Source: Azolla caroliniana (Eukaryota > Plantae > Polypodiophyta). Taken from it: DNA of 64,000 bases. A program made the translations under genes and the position numbers. The notes beneath the pieces are model-generated. The model saw only the letters and a program-made list of their open reading frames with translations, was not told the DNA's origin and did no database searches. Numbering within the stretch: position 1 is the stretch's first letter; the number at the start of each line of letters is the position of its first letter. The stretch covers positions 6,944,001 to 7,008,000 of the forward strand of contig JBHGNT010000002.1 of the NCBI GenBank assembly GCA_043228905.1, written 5' to 3'. Shown one piece after another: positions 1-11,784 of this stretch.

Positions 1-117
1 TATACTCTTACCTTGCGTATTCTCTGTGTCTTATTCCTTGTCTCTCTCACTCTCTCTCATACACACACATAACTCATATCTCTTCCGCTTCACAAGAATC
101 ATATTCGATTTTTTACA
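1..117 (+). repeat. 5' LTR of copia A (partial)
   Basis: Near-identical to 6825-6941 and to LTRs of element B; ends in CA just before the PBS. Confidence 0.95.
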
Positions 118-129
118 TGGTATCAAAGC
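118..129 (+). promoter_or_regulatory. PBS, tRNA-iMet (copia A)
   Basis: TGGTATCAAAGC, one mismatch to canonical TGGTATCAGAGC, directly after the LTR. Confidence 0.9.
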
Positions 130-818
130 GATTTGGTAGTTCGATCTAGCCCATTCGCCTCATCGCGATCGTGTGTTGTGCTCCACACCGACGACCAAGA
201 ACCGGCTCATCGCTATCGTAGCTTCGCTACATAGCTTGCATTCGAAGAGAGAAGAAGAAGAAGAAGAAGAATCGACATAATGAATACTCAAATGGGGAGC
301 GCTCTCCCTACCAAGAAGTTGGATCGAAACAACTTCGCATCTTGGGAGTACAAGATGCACCAATACCTTGTCGGACAAGGCTATTGGAGCTACATCAAAG
401 GAGCACATGAAGACCGACCCGTCGACACGGCTCCCGGACATGGGAGCAAGCCGCAAGCCGCGTGATGTATTGTTTGGCGACATGTGTTCACGACCACATG
501 CTCGGTTACATTCGAGAAGCCAAGACGCCGAAGGAAGCGGGGGAAAATCTACGAAATATTTTCCCCGCCAACACGATCGCGAAGAAGCTTCAACTCCGCC
601 AAGAGTTGAACAACATTCAACAAAGGGACATGTCCATCACGACATACACCTTGAAGATTAAGGAACTTTGCGACTCGCTCGGCTCAATAAGCGTAAGTAT
701 CGATGATGATGAGATGGTGCAAATATGCCTCGGCGGCCTTGCACCACGGTTCAGCGTGATGCGAACCGCCGTTATAGCAAGGGAGAAATCTCCCTCCTTC
801 TTCGAGCTCCAATCAATG

Positions 819-1527
819 TGACAGGAATGCACGCTCCCTTTCTACCACACTCGGCCACAACTGAGTCTAAAATCGAAACACAGAAAAACGGATAATGGAG
901 AGAAGAGAACACAGGATGTTAACGTGGAAAATCCAAACTAGGGAAAAACCACGACAGCCCACAGACTGCAAACTATCACTATGTCAGAATGTACAAAATG
1001 GTAAAGCACTGAAGCAACGACCTCGAGCTTTCTATCTTCACCACAGGCGGCGGTTACAACAGAGGCAACGACCTCTTCCTCTCTCTCACTCTCTCTGTAC
1101 ACAGTTGCATGCTCTAATCTTACACAAACAAGAATGACAACCACACACATGTATATACTCTATTTGCCCTAAGTCATATTTATACTAATATTACTTTTCG
1201 GCTATTTACAAATATAGCCTCGATGGACTCTCAGAAACATATTTACAAATATGTCCCTTCATCCGGTGAGCACTTCTCACCGGGCCTGCATCATTCGGCG
1301 CTTGTCGGGCACACTTTCTTCGGTTCTCACCGGGTCCTCCGTAGCCGGGTACTCGTCATCCGACGCTTGCCGGGTACACCACATCCGGTTCTCACCGAGT
1401 CTTCCGTAGCCAGGTACTCGTCATCCGGCGCTTGCCGGGTACACCACATCCGGTTTCGGCCTCGGCCGAGTTTGCTCATCAGTACTGTTCTTCTCACTTC
1501 CCATCCGGAGGGACCTGTTTCCTAACA
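819..1527 (-). repeat. Solo LTR, copia family 2
   Basis: TG...CA ends; perfect TSD CAATG (814-818, 1528-1532); reverse complement starts TGTTAGGAAACAGGTCCCTCCGGATGG like the LTR at 14444; gag of A resumes after it. Confidence 0.93.
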
Positions 1528-2563
1528 CAATGCTATTGGTCGAAGAAAACCACGTGCGTACAATGAGCAATGAGTCAGAAGGCCACACGCTCTACACGCA
1601 CTCGAACGGAGGAAGAGGATGCAGATGAGCGAGAAGCCGATTCAGCCAAGGACAAGGCGGACGAGGTCCGACCTACGACAACAACTCCCAATTTCGGCCG
1701 CAAAACAGAAGCCAACGAGGAACCTTCGCAAGAAGGGGGAGCTTCCACTCTGGCCCGAGCCGTCAAAATGCAACCGAATGCAGATATTGTGGAAAGCTCG
1801 GCCACCACGAAGGAGAGTGCCAAAAGAAGATGTGCGAAACGGCTTCCACAAGCCGACAAGTCATGAATTACGCGCACAACTCCGACTACAAAGATCGTGG
1901 CGGAATGTTCATGATGAAACATAGAGCAAACTTTATGTTGGCCTCTACCTCAACTAGTGCCTCCGGTCTGGAAGACGTATGGTTCATCGATTCCAGTCCC
2001 TCGAATCATATGACATCACATCAAGAATGGTTCCGAGAACTTCGAGAGCTGTACCGACCCAGCTATGTCGAAACCGGAGACGACACTACGCACCCGATTC
2101 GGCACATCAGCAATGTTCCGTTCGGAAAAGAAGGTAAGCAAAATTACATTAAAAATGTCTTGCATGTACCGACCATTACGAAGAATTTGGTCTCCGTCGG
2201 CCAAATTGTAGAGCAAGGGATGCAAGTTCGATTTAATCAAGGTGGTTGCTTCATCGAAAAAGAGGGCCGACTCATCGCAAAGGGCATGAAAGCCAACTCC
2301 GACTTAGAGTTATGGCACAAGCGGATTGGCCATATAAATCTCCAAAAGCTCAGAGCAATGAAATCGAAAGGAGTCGTCATCGGACTCCCAACATTCAAAG
2401 AGAAGGAGATTGAAGGTGTTTGCGAAGCGTGCCAATTCGGCAAGCAACACCGACACCCATTCCCGAAAGAGCGGAACGTGAGCAAAGGTCTACTCGACAT
2501 AGTCCATTCCGACGTATGGGGACCGACGTAGACGGCTACATTCGGCGGATGCCGATATTATGT

Positions 2564-3785
2564 TGTCATGTGGTTTTTCACACACAATATGAAAACTAGT
2601 AAAATAATTATTTAAGATTAACTTAATGTACTCATATAGATAGGTGTCTTCAAGAGTTTCATAACGTATTTTACTACGCATGAAACGGATAAACAAGTAT
2701 CAAGCTATGTGAGTGTGAAGTTTGAAGAAGAAGAAAGAAAAGACAAAACTGTGAGATATCCCACATAGATAGGACAACATTGGAACCCAGGATATATAAG
2801 GGAAACCAAAACATATTCATTCTATCAATGTGTGGAACATAGAATGTTCAAGGTGACTTGGGCTACATTGTGTGGTGTGCATGTTTTAGGCATACGCGCG
2901 TATCCACGGTCGTAATTATGCTTCGGGCGTACGCGTGCACAATTGCGTGGACGTTTCGGACGAGCGCGCGGATGCGTACAGGACACGTGGATGCGTACAT
3001 TGCGGCGCGGTCAGGACTTTTGCGTGCGGACGCGTGTGTGCGGATGAGCGCGCGGATGCGTACAGGACGTGGTCGAGACGTGCGCATGTGTGGATGCGTA
3101 CACTATGCGGTCAAGACTTTTGCGCGCGGACGCGTCTACGGTTTGGTTGCGACGCACGTACGGATTGCGCACGGGCTAAACTTTATGGATGATTGGGTCA
3201 TTTGGCCGAATTATACGAACAATCGCATGTAGCCAAAAGCCAAGGCCATGCAACTAAAAGTAAAAGGCATACATCTAAAAATGGAAGCATGCAACTAAAA
3301 ATAGAGGCCATCCAACTAAAAGTGGGCATGCAAAGTAACATTGGGGAGGGAGGATCAACGAGGAGCTGGATATATGTCCCATTTTTTTTCCCTACTAGTT
3401 TTTTTTTCCCCCTCTTACTTCTTCTTCCCTCTGGGTTTTTGAGAAACAAATTATCTCACATATTGATATCAAACTCCTAGCTTTGTTTACTTGATCTTTC
3501 GGGTAAAAAATTATCTCTCGTATTCATATCATACCACTCCTTGCATGGTTGTTGGCTCCTTTCTTTGAAAAAATTAATCTCTCATTTCCATACCCAACCC
3601 ATTGTAACACGATTCTGAAATTATTTAGAATCGATTTTCTTTTGCAATAAACTAATGATTTGTCTCTCCCACTTGTCTTATGCTTAAAACTTGCTTGTGT
3701 TGTACATGTTGCTCTAAATCCTTCTAGTCCAGAACCCCGGCGGTTCCGTCTCACGATCCGCACATAGTGACGGATTTTCACGACA
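2564..3785 (+). repeat. Solo LTR, gypsy group W type (1222 bp)
   Basis: Ends TGTCATG...CACGACA; 4-bp TSD ATGT (2560-2563, 3786-3789); splits integrase GCRYY|VIFIDD; 3' end resembles the U5 end of other group W LTRs. Confidence 0.8.
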
Positions 3786-6611
3786 ATGTGATCTTCATCG
3801 ACGACTTCTCTAGGCACACTTGGATCTACCCGATGCGGCAAAAGAGCGAAGTGTTTGGACACGTCCAAAAATTGAAGAATGAAGTCAAGAAAGCCACGGG
3901 CCGACATGTACGATGTCTTCGATCGGATGGCGGCAAGGAGTACTTCTCGGACGATTTCACGGCGTATCTCCGAAAGGAAGGAATTCGGCGAGAATTCACT
4001 TGCCGACACACTCCGCAACAAAACGGAGTAGCCAAGTGCAAAAATCGGCACATCCTCGAAGTAGCGCGGGCCATGATGAACGAGAAGCATATGCCTAAGT
4101 CATATTGGGCCGAAACTGCACCTAATGAACCGATGCACAACATCCGGCGTGCACGAGGTCACTCCGCACGAAAAATACTTCACAAAGAAGCCAGACTTAT
4201 CGCACACCCAGATATTCGGCGCAATAGCGTATGTGCATATCCCCGATGAGAAGCGTCAAAAGCTTGACCCGAAGTCGGAGAAATGTATCCTCGTAGGATA
4301 CTCATTGGAGCAAAAGGGGTACAAGTGCTAAAACCCCACAACTTGAAATTCTCGCGTAAGTCGAGACGTCGTTTTCGACGAGTCCGCATCCTGGTACGCA
4401 CCAGAGACAACTCCGACTCCGACTCCGACTCCGCTCGACCTAGAATCCGCCGAACAAGAGATACAAGATGAAAATCGCCTTACGCGCATGTTCGACGAAA
4501 GTCCGATCACAACCCGACTGAGCGGACCACAAGAGCCTTTGAGCGATCAAAGCACATCACGGCTTAGCCCGAAGATGGACAAAGGCAAGGCGAAAATGGC
4601 GGAATACGCAGACGATCACTTTGACGACGATGAGTCGACTCACTCACTCGACAATGAGTTCGGCGGTTTCGAGGTACAAATCGGAGCTAAGAAAGCCCTC
4701 ATCTCTGCAAATGAAAAGCTTCGCCGATCCACCCGTGAAAAGAACCCCGTAAGCCGATTCGGCTACAACGATTATATGGCGTACCATTATGCCTTTATGA
4801 TGAAGGTAGCGACAGTATAGGAGCCAAAAACCTTTTCTGAAGCTGCGAAGGACCCGCGATGGATCGAAGCAATGAACAAGGAGATGCAGGCACTACGGAA
4901 GAACGAGACGTGGGATCTTGTTCCCACCTCACCACACAAAAAGGAGATCAGATGCAAATGGATTTACAAAGTGAAGTACAATGCTGACGGTTCCGTCAAT
5001 CGCTACAAAGCGTGACTCGTAGCGAAAGGCTACGCACAAACTTACGGAGTTGACTACGAAGAGACCTTTGCCCCGGTGGCAAAGATGACGACGGTACGAA
5101 CTATAATTGTGCTTGCCGCGGCGAAAGGGTGGCACCTCCATCAAATGGAAGTTAAGAACGCCTTTCTACAAGGCGAATTAGAAGAGGAGGTGTACATGAT
5201 ACAACCACCCGGCTTCGAATCACGCATTCATCTAAAAGCTGTGTGCCAACTCAAGAAGCCACTCTACGGCCTCAAGCAAGCACCGCATGCTTGGCATTCG
5301 AAGATAACGCAATATCTTCATCAAATTGGCTTCCGTATGTCAAAGTCGGACAACTCCCTCTACATGCGAAGCGATTCCGCAAGTCCGATAATCATCATTT
5401 TATATGTGGATGACCTAGTCATTGGAGGTGAGCATCTCGTCGAAATCAATAAGGTCAAATCCCTCCTTTTTGACAAGTTTGAGATGACGGACATGAAGGA
5501 GCTCCAATACTTCCTCGGCATCGAGGTAATTCGGACTCCGGCCGGAATCATGATCTCTCAACGACACTACATCCTCAACTTGTTATACAAGTTCGGGATG
5601 GTTGAGTGCAAATCCGCGGCAACCCCACTCGATCGCAATCTCAAACTGGATGCGAACTCCGACACCGAAGCGTGTGAACTGACTTAGTATCAGCAACTCA
5701 TCGGGAGTCTCATCTACCTCATGATAACTCGACCCGATCTCAGTTATCCGGTCGGTCTCCTTAGTCAATTCATGCAAACACCGCGTGATACTCACTTGGA
5801 TTGCGTTAAGCGAGTTCTATGATATGTGAGCGGCACAATGAATTGCGGCATCCTCTACAAGACCGCGATGCCAATACGCCTCGAGGGGTACACAGACGCC
5901 GATTGGGCCGGCTACAAAGCCGATAGAAGATCAACCTACGGATTTGTTTTCTCCCTCGGCAGTGGAGCAATATCCTGGAGCAGCAAAAAGCAACCAATTG
6001 TCGCTCTTTCGAGCATAGAGGCGGAATATAGGGGCGCGCCAGTGGCCGCATGTGAAGCCGTATGGCTCAGAAGGATACTCAAGGATTTGGGCGTACTCAT
6101 GAAGGATCCGACCTCCCTTTACTGCGACAACATGTGCAGTATCTATCTGGCTCGGAACCCGGTGTTCCACGCGCGAACAAAGCACATTGAAGTGCACTAT
6201 CACTTCATCCGAGAGCGCGTTCTAGCTAGCGATGTCGACCTACAACACATTAGCACCAATCTTCAAACGGTCGACATCTTCACTAAAGCCTTAGGAGCCG
6301 ACAAGCTATGGCAATTCATGACCGATCTCGAATTGACGATCCTTGACCTGCCAAGCTTGAGGGGGAGTACTGAAGATATTACGCAATAACGCGTGGATTC
6401 CGCAAACCGCCCACACTACGCGAACAACTGATCTACCGCGCAAAGCCGCGAAGAAAGACGCAAGCCGAAGCACAGACTTCGCAACTACGCACAACGCAAG
6501 CTGGAGCACGGATTCTACAACTCCGTATAAATGCGAGTCGATGTGAGTTGATGCGGACTCTGGAACGCGAGTTGAAGCAGATTTCGGATACCGTCTGAAA
6601 CTGATCCGACT

Positions 6612-6941
6612 TAGACACTCAAACGGTCAAGAGTCACCATTATGTCACCTCTTTGTATTCTAGTATTTAGTATGAGTCATAGAATCATATTCTATGACAC
6701 ATAACTTATGAGCTTTCACATTCCCCATGCTCCATGAGTCTTGTAGTTAATGAAGAGAGAGGGTGACTATATAAAGCACCCTCCTTCCACCTTGTATAGA
6801 AGTTGAGTCTTTCTCCTTTGTTAATATACTCTTACCTTGCGTATTCTCTGTGTCTTATTCCTTGTCTCTCTCACTCTCTCTCATACACACACATAACTCA
6901 TATCTCTTCCGCTTCACAAGAATCATATCCGATTCTTTACA
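6612..6941 (+). repeat. 3' LTR of copia A, lacking its first ~55 bp and the PPT
   Basis: Comparison with element B (12678-13076) shows a ~68 bp deletion spanning the PPT and LTR start. Confidence 0.88.
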
Positions 6942-6943
6942 CA

Positions 6944-8050
6944 GATGTAGAAAACTGGAAGAAGGCCGGCGACAACTTTTACAAGCTGGATGAAGAAAGC
7001 ATTGTCATCATCCGGGAGGAGTTGGCGGACGTCTTCTTTTCCTTGGCCGGAGCTCACTTCGAAGCAGTCTGGAGGTTGATTGAAAGACTTGATGATGATA
7101 AGCTTGGAACACAACTCTAGTTTGAGCGATTCGAATGGGATCCCGACGACTGTGTTAGGAAATAGGTCCCTCCGGATGGGAAGACCCGGTGAGAACCGGA
7201 TGATGAGTGCCCGGCAAGCGCCGGATGATGTAGGCCCGGTGAGGAATGCTCACCGGATGAAGGGACATATTCGTAAATATGGTTTTGAGAGTCCATCGGG
7301 ACTATATTTGTAAATAGCCGAAAAGTCATATTAGTATAAATATGACTTAGGGCAAACTTAGTGAATATGTTGTTATCATTCTTGTTGGCAAAAAAGATTA
7401 GAGCGCAACAATGTATAGAGAGAGAGAGAGAGAAAGAAACGAAGAGGTCGTTGCCTCTGTTGTAACCGCCGCCTGTGGCGAAGATCGTGAGCACGAGGTC
7501 ATTGCCTCCATGAGCTCACTATTGTAATCATTGTGATATAATTATAGTTTGCAGTCTGTGGGCTGCCGTGGTTTTTCCCGTATTTGGGTTTTCCACGTAA
7601 ACATCCTGTGTACTCTTCTCTCCATTGTGTCGTGCATTCATTCCCTGTTTTATCTGTGTTTTATGATTCTAAGCTCAGTTGTGGCCGAGCGTTGTTCACC
7701 GAGAGCGCGTAGTTCTTGTCAGGCTGGAAGCAGAAAAACGGACGGCGGCAATAAATATAAGTGATGAGAAGCAAACTACGGAACCACAACCGTAGCAGGA
7801 GGAGTTGCCAAATGAAGCCGAAGGTGAGTAGCCAAGGGATGTCGGTGTGGACCAAAACAAAGCAACTGGGTCGGAGCAGCGGGTAGGAACCAAAAACGGA
7901 GAGAAGGCTGAAACCGACGCAAGAACGACGATGTTGCAACCGGAAGAAGTTGGAGAGCAACAATAAGCGCAACAGGAGCAACAACAACAGAACGAAGAAC
8001 CACTTGAAACCTTGTACCAAAGCATATTGGACATACTCGACGAGGAGTGA
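6944..8050 (+). pseudogene. Accessory ORF2 C-terminal remnant (family R3), split by a solo LTR
   Basis: WKKAGDNFYKLDEESIVIIREELAD...LGTQL aligns without gaps to RQVQGAGFFKIAQKDIDNIQEDIMK...IGTSV; ends SILDILDEE* versus SIFDILNDSDEELKE*. Confidence 0.75.
7153..7721 (+). repeat. Solo LTR, copia family 2 (569 bp)
   Basis: TGTTAGG...TTGTCA; TSD GACTG/GGCTG (one mismatch); similar to LTRs at 14444 and 819. Confidence 0.88.
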
Positions 8051-8062
8051 CAGAGCTAACCC

Positions 8063-8102
8063 GTGGGTTTGACATACAATGTATTGTCCCACGGGCATGC
8101 CA
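8063..8102 (+). other. tRNA-Arg(UCU)-3'-like motif at the PPT position (family R3)
   Basis: GTGGGTTTG-ACATACAATGTATTG-TCCCACGGGCATGCCA, then TG, then the LTR. Confidence 0.85.
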
Positions 8103-8104
8103 TG

Positions 8105-8477
8105 TGTTGGCCAGAGTATGGAGGACAAGTGGGGGACTAGTAGGGAATGGAAATTAGTATTAGTAATTAATTAGTTAAAATTATGATAGGAACGGACGGA
8201 TCCGAAATAGTTGGATCGATCTGGATCTGGATCGATTTGTAGCTGGTATGGCACTGTTTTGTAATCAGAATCGAAGACCTATAAATGGATCCGAAAAGCA
8301 ATGTAATGAGCGCGGAAGTAATATAAGTCCGAGTTGGATTTTAGTATTGTGTATCTTGTTTACTACCGTCTATGCTTAATCTTCTATCTTACGCGTGCTA
8401 ATCAAATAATGCTATATTGCGATTCCGTAACCGATCCGGTAATAGTCGGATCAGGATCATGTCTGCGCCGGTTAACA
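8105..8477 (+). repeat. 3' LTR of family R3 (373 bp)
   Basis: TGTTGG...TTAACA with CTATAAAT TATA box near 8280; partner LTR not in window. Confidence 0.72.
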
Positions 8478-8569
8478 TCCTACCCGTAACCACCCCTTTG
8501 GTGAAGGGATCCAGAAGGACACCCTGTGTTTGTGGCTGGTCTGGCCCAAGATAAATATCTTTTATCTAA

Positions 8570-8674
8570 ATATCATCCAAGAAGGGCATCGTGATTCCCG
8601 GGATGCAATCCTTCAAGACCTTGTTCATAGCATTCACCATATGAGCCACAGAGTTCATTTCACCTTGAGGTAAG
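8570..8674 (-). pseudogene. gypsy RT fragment (Wa)
   Basis: LPQGEMNSVAHMVNAMNKVLKDCIPGITMPFLDDI, homologous to ORF 62547-63080. Confidence 0.85.
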
Positions 8675-8892
8675 TGTTACCCGTATAGGTGTACGGGAAT
8701 CGAACAGGAAAGAATTACGACAGAAGAGAAAGAAAAAGAGGAGAAATATATTGAAGTTACCCTCAACTTGTGTCTATCTCGATTCCCTCTCTCTCATTCA
8801 TTCTCTGTCTGTGCATCTCTCCCTCCTTCCCTCCCTCTCCCCTCACATTCGAACCCACTTGGGAGATTGGCTCCACCCCCCACCCATAAACA
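8675..8892 (+). repeat. 5' LTR of R2 (218 bp)
   Basis: Shares both ends with 11471-11779 but differs in the middle. Confidence 0.82.
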
Positions 8893-8894
8893 CA

Positions 8895-8902
8895 TGGCAC
8901 GC
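8895..8902 (+). promoter_or_regulatory. Short PBS, tRNA-Arg(UCU) (R2)
   Basis: TGGCACGC two nt after the LTR; only 8 nt match. Confidence 0.65.
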
Positions 8903-11428
8903 ACTACGGCCTACCCCCCTTAGAGAAGAAGTCTCTAGCTTTCTCCCTCACCATAACTAATCTCTCTCTCCCTCCATCCCTGCAGGCCTGTTTGTGTCTG
9001 TTTCTATTTGTCTCTGTGTTAGACAGTGTGGCTTGCGCGTAGAATCTCTGTATGGTGATCCGTTTTTATTAGCAGTTTCAGTCACACGCTCTTACTTATC
9101 CCACGGAAACAAGAGTTTGGTTTTATCCTTTGTTTCCCTCAATCTATGCATCATATTTTGGGTTTTGACAATACAATGGATATTTTTTCCAAGAATGCTA
9201 CCATTCCCTACAAAGCTTCTCTTCATTAAAAAAAGAAAAAAAGAAAAACATATAGCTTTTGCTGAAGCCTTCGCCGTGGATTGCAAATATATTACTTGGT
9301 CTTTACGTTATATCATATGATTCAATGCATATTTGATTCTGATGAATACTGAGAGCTATACTACAACAAGTTTTTTATCATATCCTTCTGCAAATAGATC
9401 AGAAAGGACTAGGACAGAGGTTGCCTCCCTTCAGCCACAATTTCTTCAACCAATGCAACAGCCATTACTGCTGCCCATCGATACATTTCTCCAACATAGT
9501 TGGAGGCAGAAGTCCCTCACCAATTCATATGGGACAAGGACATAAGCTTGGCCTAGCAGGAATGGCCAGTGGGCCGTGCCAGCTGCACAGAGGCGGCTGG
9601 ACAGCCGCCTGAATCGTATTCAGCCGAACATGAAACTGCCAAGAGCGGCTGAACAACGACTGAACAACGACGGTAGCGAGACGGCTGAGAAACGTAGGCC
9701 GAAGGCCGAAAGATGGCCCTGAACAGAGCCGGCCAAACTGCCCGAGAGACGGCCAAAGTCTAGCCAGAAAATCACATCCGAACAAATGACCATGGCCAAC
9801 CAACCGAGGCCGCCGGACAACAACGGCTGAGTGACGGCCGGGATGCAGCCGAGAGACAGCTGAGTAACGGTCACGACCAAGAGCCAACAATCGGCCTAAC
9901 AGATGCGATCGAGATGCGGCCGAGAGCTGAAGTCAGCCGAGCACGGCCCATCTACGGCCCAACCACGGTCGAGAAATGGTGCGTCGGCTCAGCCTCGGCC
10001 GAGAAGCCGAGAGTCAGCTCAAGCACGACCGAGAAACCGAGAGTCAGCCCAACCACGACCGTGAGTATGGGCTAGTGACGGCCAAGACAAGCCGAGAGTA
10101 CGGCCTAGTGATGCCCGAGAGTACGGCCGAGAAACACGTCCGAGAGTGTGGCCAAGAGTCGACCGAATAACGGCCAAGACATGGCCAAGAAACCGAGCAC
10201 GGGCCGAGACGGGGCCGAATGATGATTTCCACGAGATGGTCTAGAAACGGGTCGAGACGCGGCCGATTCGGTTGCCGTTGGACAGACACGACAGAAAGAC
10301 GCCCCCGGAAAGACATGGTCGAACACGACATGGTCGAACACACGACCATGGCCAGCCGGCCGAAGGACAACTTCGGCAGACAATGACAACCAAGAGATAG
10401 TGGGTTGAGAGACGGCTGAGGGATGGGCAAATGACGGCCAAGCGACAACACGATCCGACCGACGAATAGAGTTGGATAACAGACAACAATAGCAACATTC
10501 GACAACCGACCATAGAGACGGCCGAGGGATGATTGGTAGAGAGATAGCCGGACCGGACAACGACAACCGGCCTGATAGACGATTGACAGTGACTATAAGC
10601 GACGAGAGACGACCGATGGCAACAGACGGCTATGACGGACAGACGGTCCGACAGCCACCGGACAGCCGACCGACAGATGGAGATCACCGGGACAAACAAA
10701 GACACAAATACAGACCAAAACGGACAAGAGACAGAGCTCTACCGAGTTTTGCCATGGCTTCTACATGATCATCCAAGACAAACCAGGAGACAAGAAGATT
10801 GAAGAAGAAGGCAGAAGAGAGGCCAAGAAGAAGATAACTGCCTGAGGAAAGAGGAGGAGGAAGAAGAAGCAATAGTAGTAGAAGAAGAAGATGACGAAGA
10901 GAAGAACGCAGAAAAAGATAGAAACATATTAGAAGCGAGAAGAAAAGGGGGCAAGCGAGGAAAAAGAAAGCAAGAACAAGAAAAGAACTAAAAAGAGAGG
11001 GGTACCGGACAAAGTTTCGAAAGCTCAAGGGCCCCCACCATTAGAATTTCTAAAACGAGAGAGTATATGCCTAAATTTCATAAAAGTCAATCAAAGAAAT
11101 TTCAAAATGGAAGGGGTACAACATAGAATTACGAAAAAGCAATGGTATAAAAACTTATCACCACTCACACCAATGTAGAAAAATATATATGTATACAAAT
11201 ACACCCACAATCATATTTAAACCCTAAACCGAATTTACCATAGTGGATCAGAGCCAATTGGTGTGTGATCCAATCGTGTGATATGTTGACTGAACGAGAA
11301 GGTTCGTGTCAAGCCAGCTCCGATCGAAGTTATCGATCGTAGAGCAGTGATCCGGTCGAGGGATTTTTGACTGTGAGAGAAGAGAAGATCGATGTAGTTT
11401 TCGGTCAACGAGTTTTTGGCATGGGCTT

Positions 11429-11468
11429 GTGGGTTCGACGTGCAATGCACTGTCCCACGGGCGTGCCA
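11429..11468 (+). other. tRNA-Arg(UCU)-3'-like motif at the PPT position (family R2)
   Basis: GTGGGTTCG-ACGTGCAATGCACTG-TCCCACGGGCGTGCCA, then GG, then the LTR. Confidence 0.9.
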
Positions 11469-11470
11469 GG

Positions 11471-11779
11471 TGTTACCCGTATAGATGTACGGGAGGGTTA
11501 GGTGTAATGTGAAAGGTGTGTAAGGTGTAATATGAAATGTTAATGTGTGAGTGTTAGGTTGGGTAAGTAGGTGTAACTACCCCCAATCGTCTTTTCGTAA
11601 TGATGAGATATTGTACTATTTAAACCCCACTCGTGGGGCATGAAAGAAAAATAGAAAAAATATATTGGCGTTACCCCCTCAACTGTGTCTCGACTGTTCC
11701 TCTCTCTCTCATTCTCTGTGCATCTCTCTCTATCCCCTCACATTTGAACTAGATCAGCTCCACCCCCCACCCATAAACA
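11471..11779 (+). repeat. 3' LTR of R2 (309 bp)
   Basis: TG...CA ends, followed by TSD GTAAG. Confidence 0.85.
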
Positions 11780-11784
11780 GTAAG

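Larger units (their letters stand above)
280..6389 (+). pseudogene. copia gag-pol pseudogene (element A)
   Basis: KKLDRNNFASWEYKM gag start, CRYCGKLGHHEGEC knuckle, WFIDS protease, LWHKRIGH..CEAC, HSDVWGP/LRSDGGKEY integrase, LYVDD RT, YTDADWAG RNase H; stops, frameshifts and two insertions. Confidence 0.95.
1..6941 (+). mobile_element. Ty1/copia element A (family 1), decayed, 5' end outside window; hosts two nested solo LTRs
   Basis: LTR tail ending TTTACA at 117 recurs ending at 6941; Met PBS follows; gag-PR-INT-RT-RH order in broken ORFs. Confidence 0.95.
6942..8477 (+). mobile_element. 3' remnant of gypsy group R element (family R3): end of accessory ORF, tRNA-like motif, 3' LTR
   Basis: Translation homologous to the C-terminus of ORF2 of family R1; same 40-nt pre-LTR motif; LTR ends CCGGTTAACA versus CCGATTAACA in R1. 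Confidence 0.8.
8675..11779 (+). mobile_element. Non-autonomous, non-coding LTR element (group R, family R2)
   Basis: Terminal direct repeats TGTTACCCGTATAG...CCCATAAACA; perfect TSD GTAAG (8670-8674, 11780-11784); short Arg PBS; no gag or pol homology seen. Confidence 0.88.

Noticed and set aside
9333-11028. Short ORFs inside the non-coding R2 element as genes
   Set aside because: Overlapping ORFs in all frames of biased low-complexity DNA with no recognisable domain.
11400-11468. A complete tRNA-Arg gene upstream of group R 3' LTRs
   Set aside because: Only the T-arm and 3' acceptor strand match; no D-arm or anticodon arm seen, CCA is encoded and the T-loop is interrupted. Reported as a tRNA-like motif instead.
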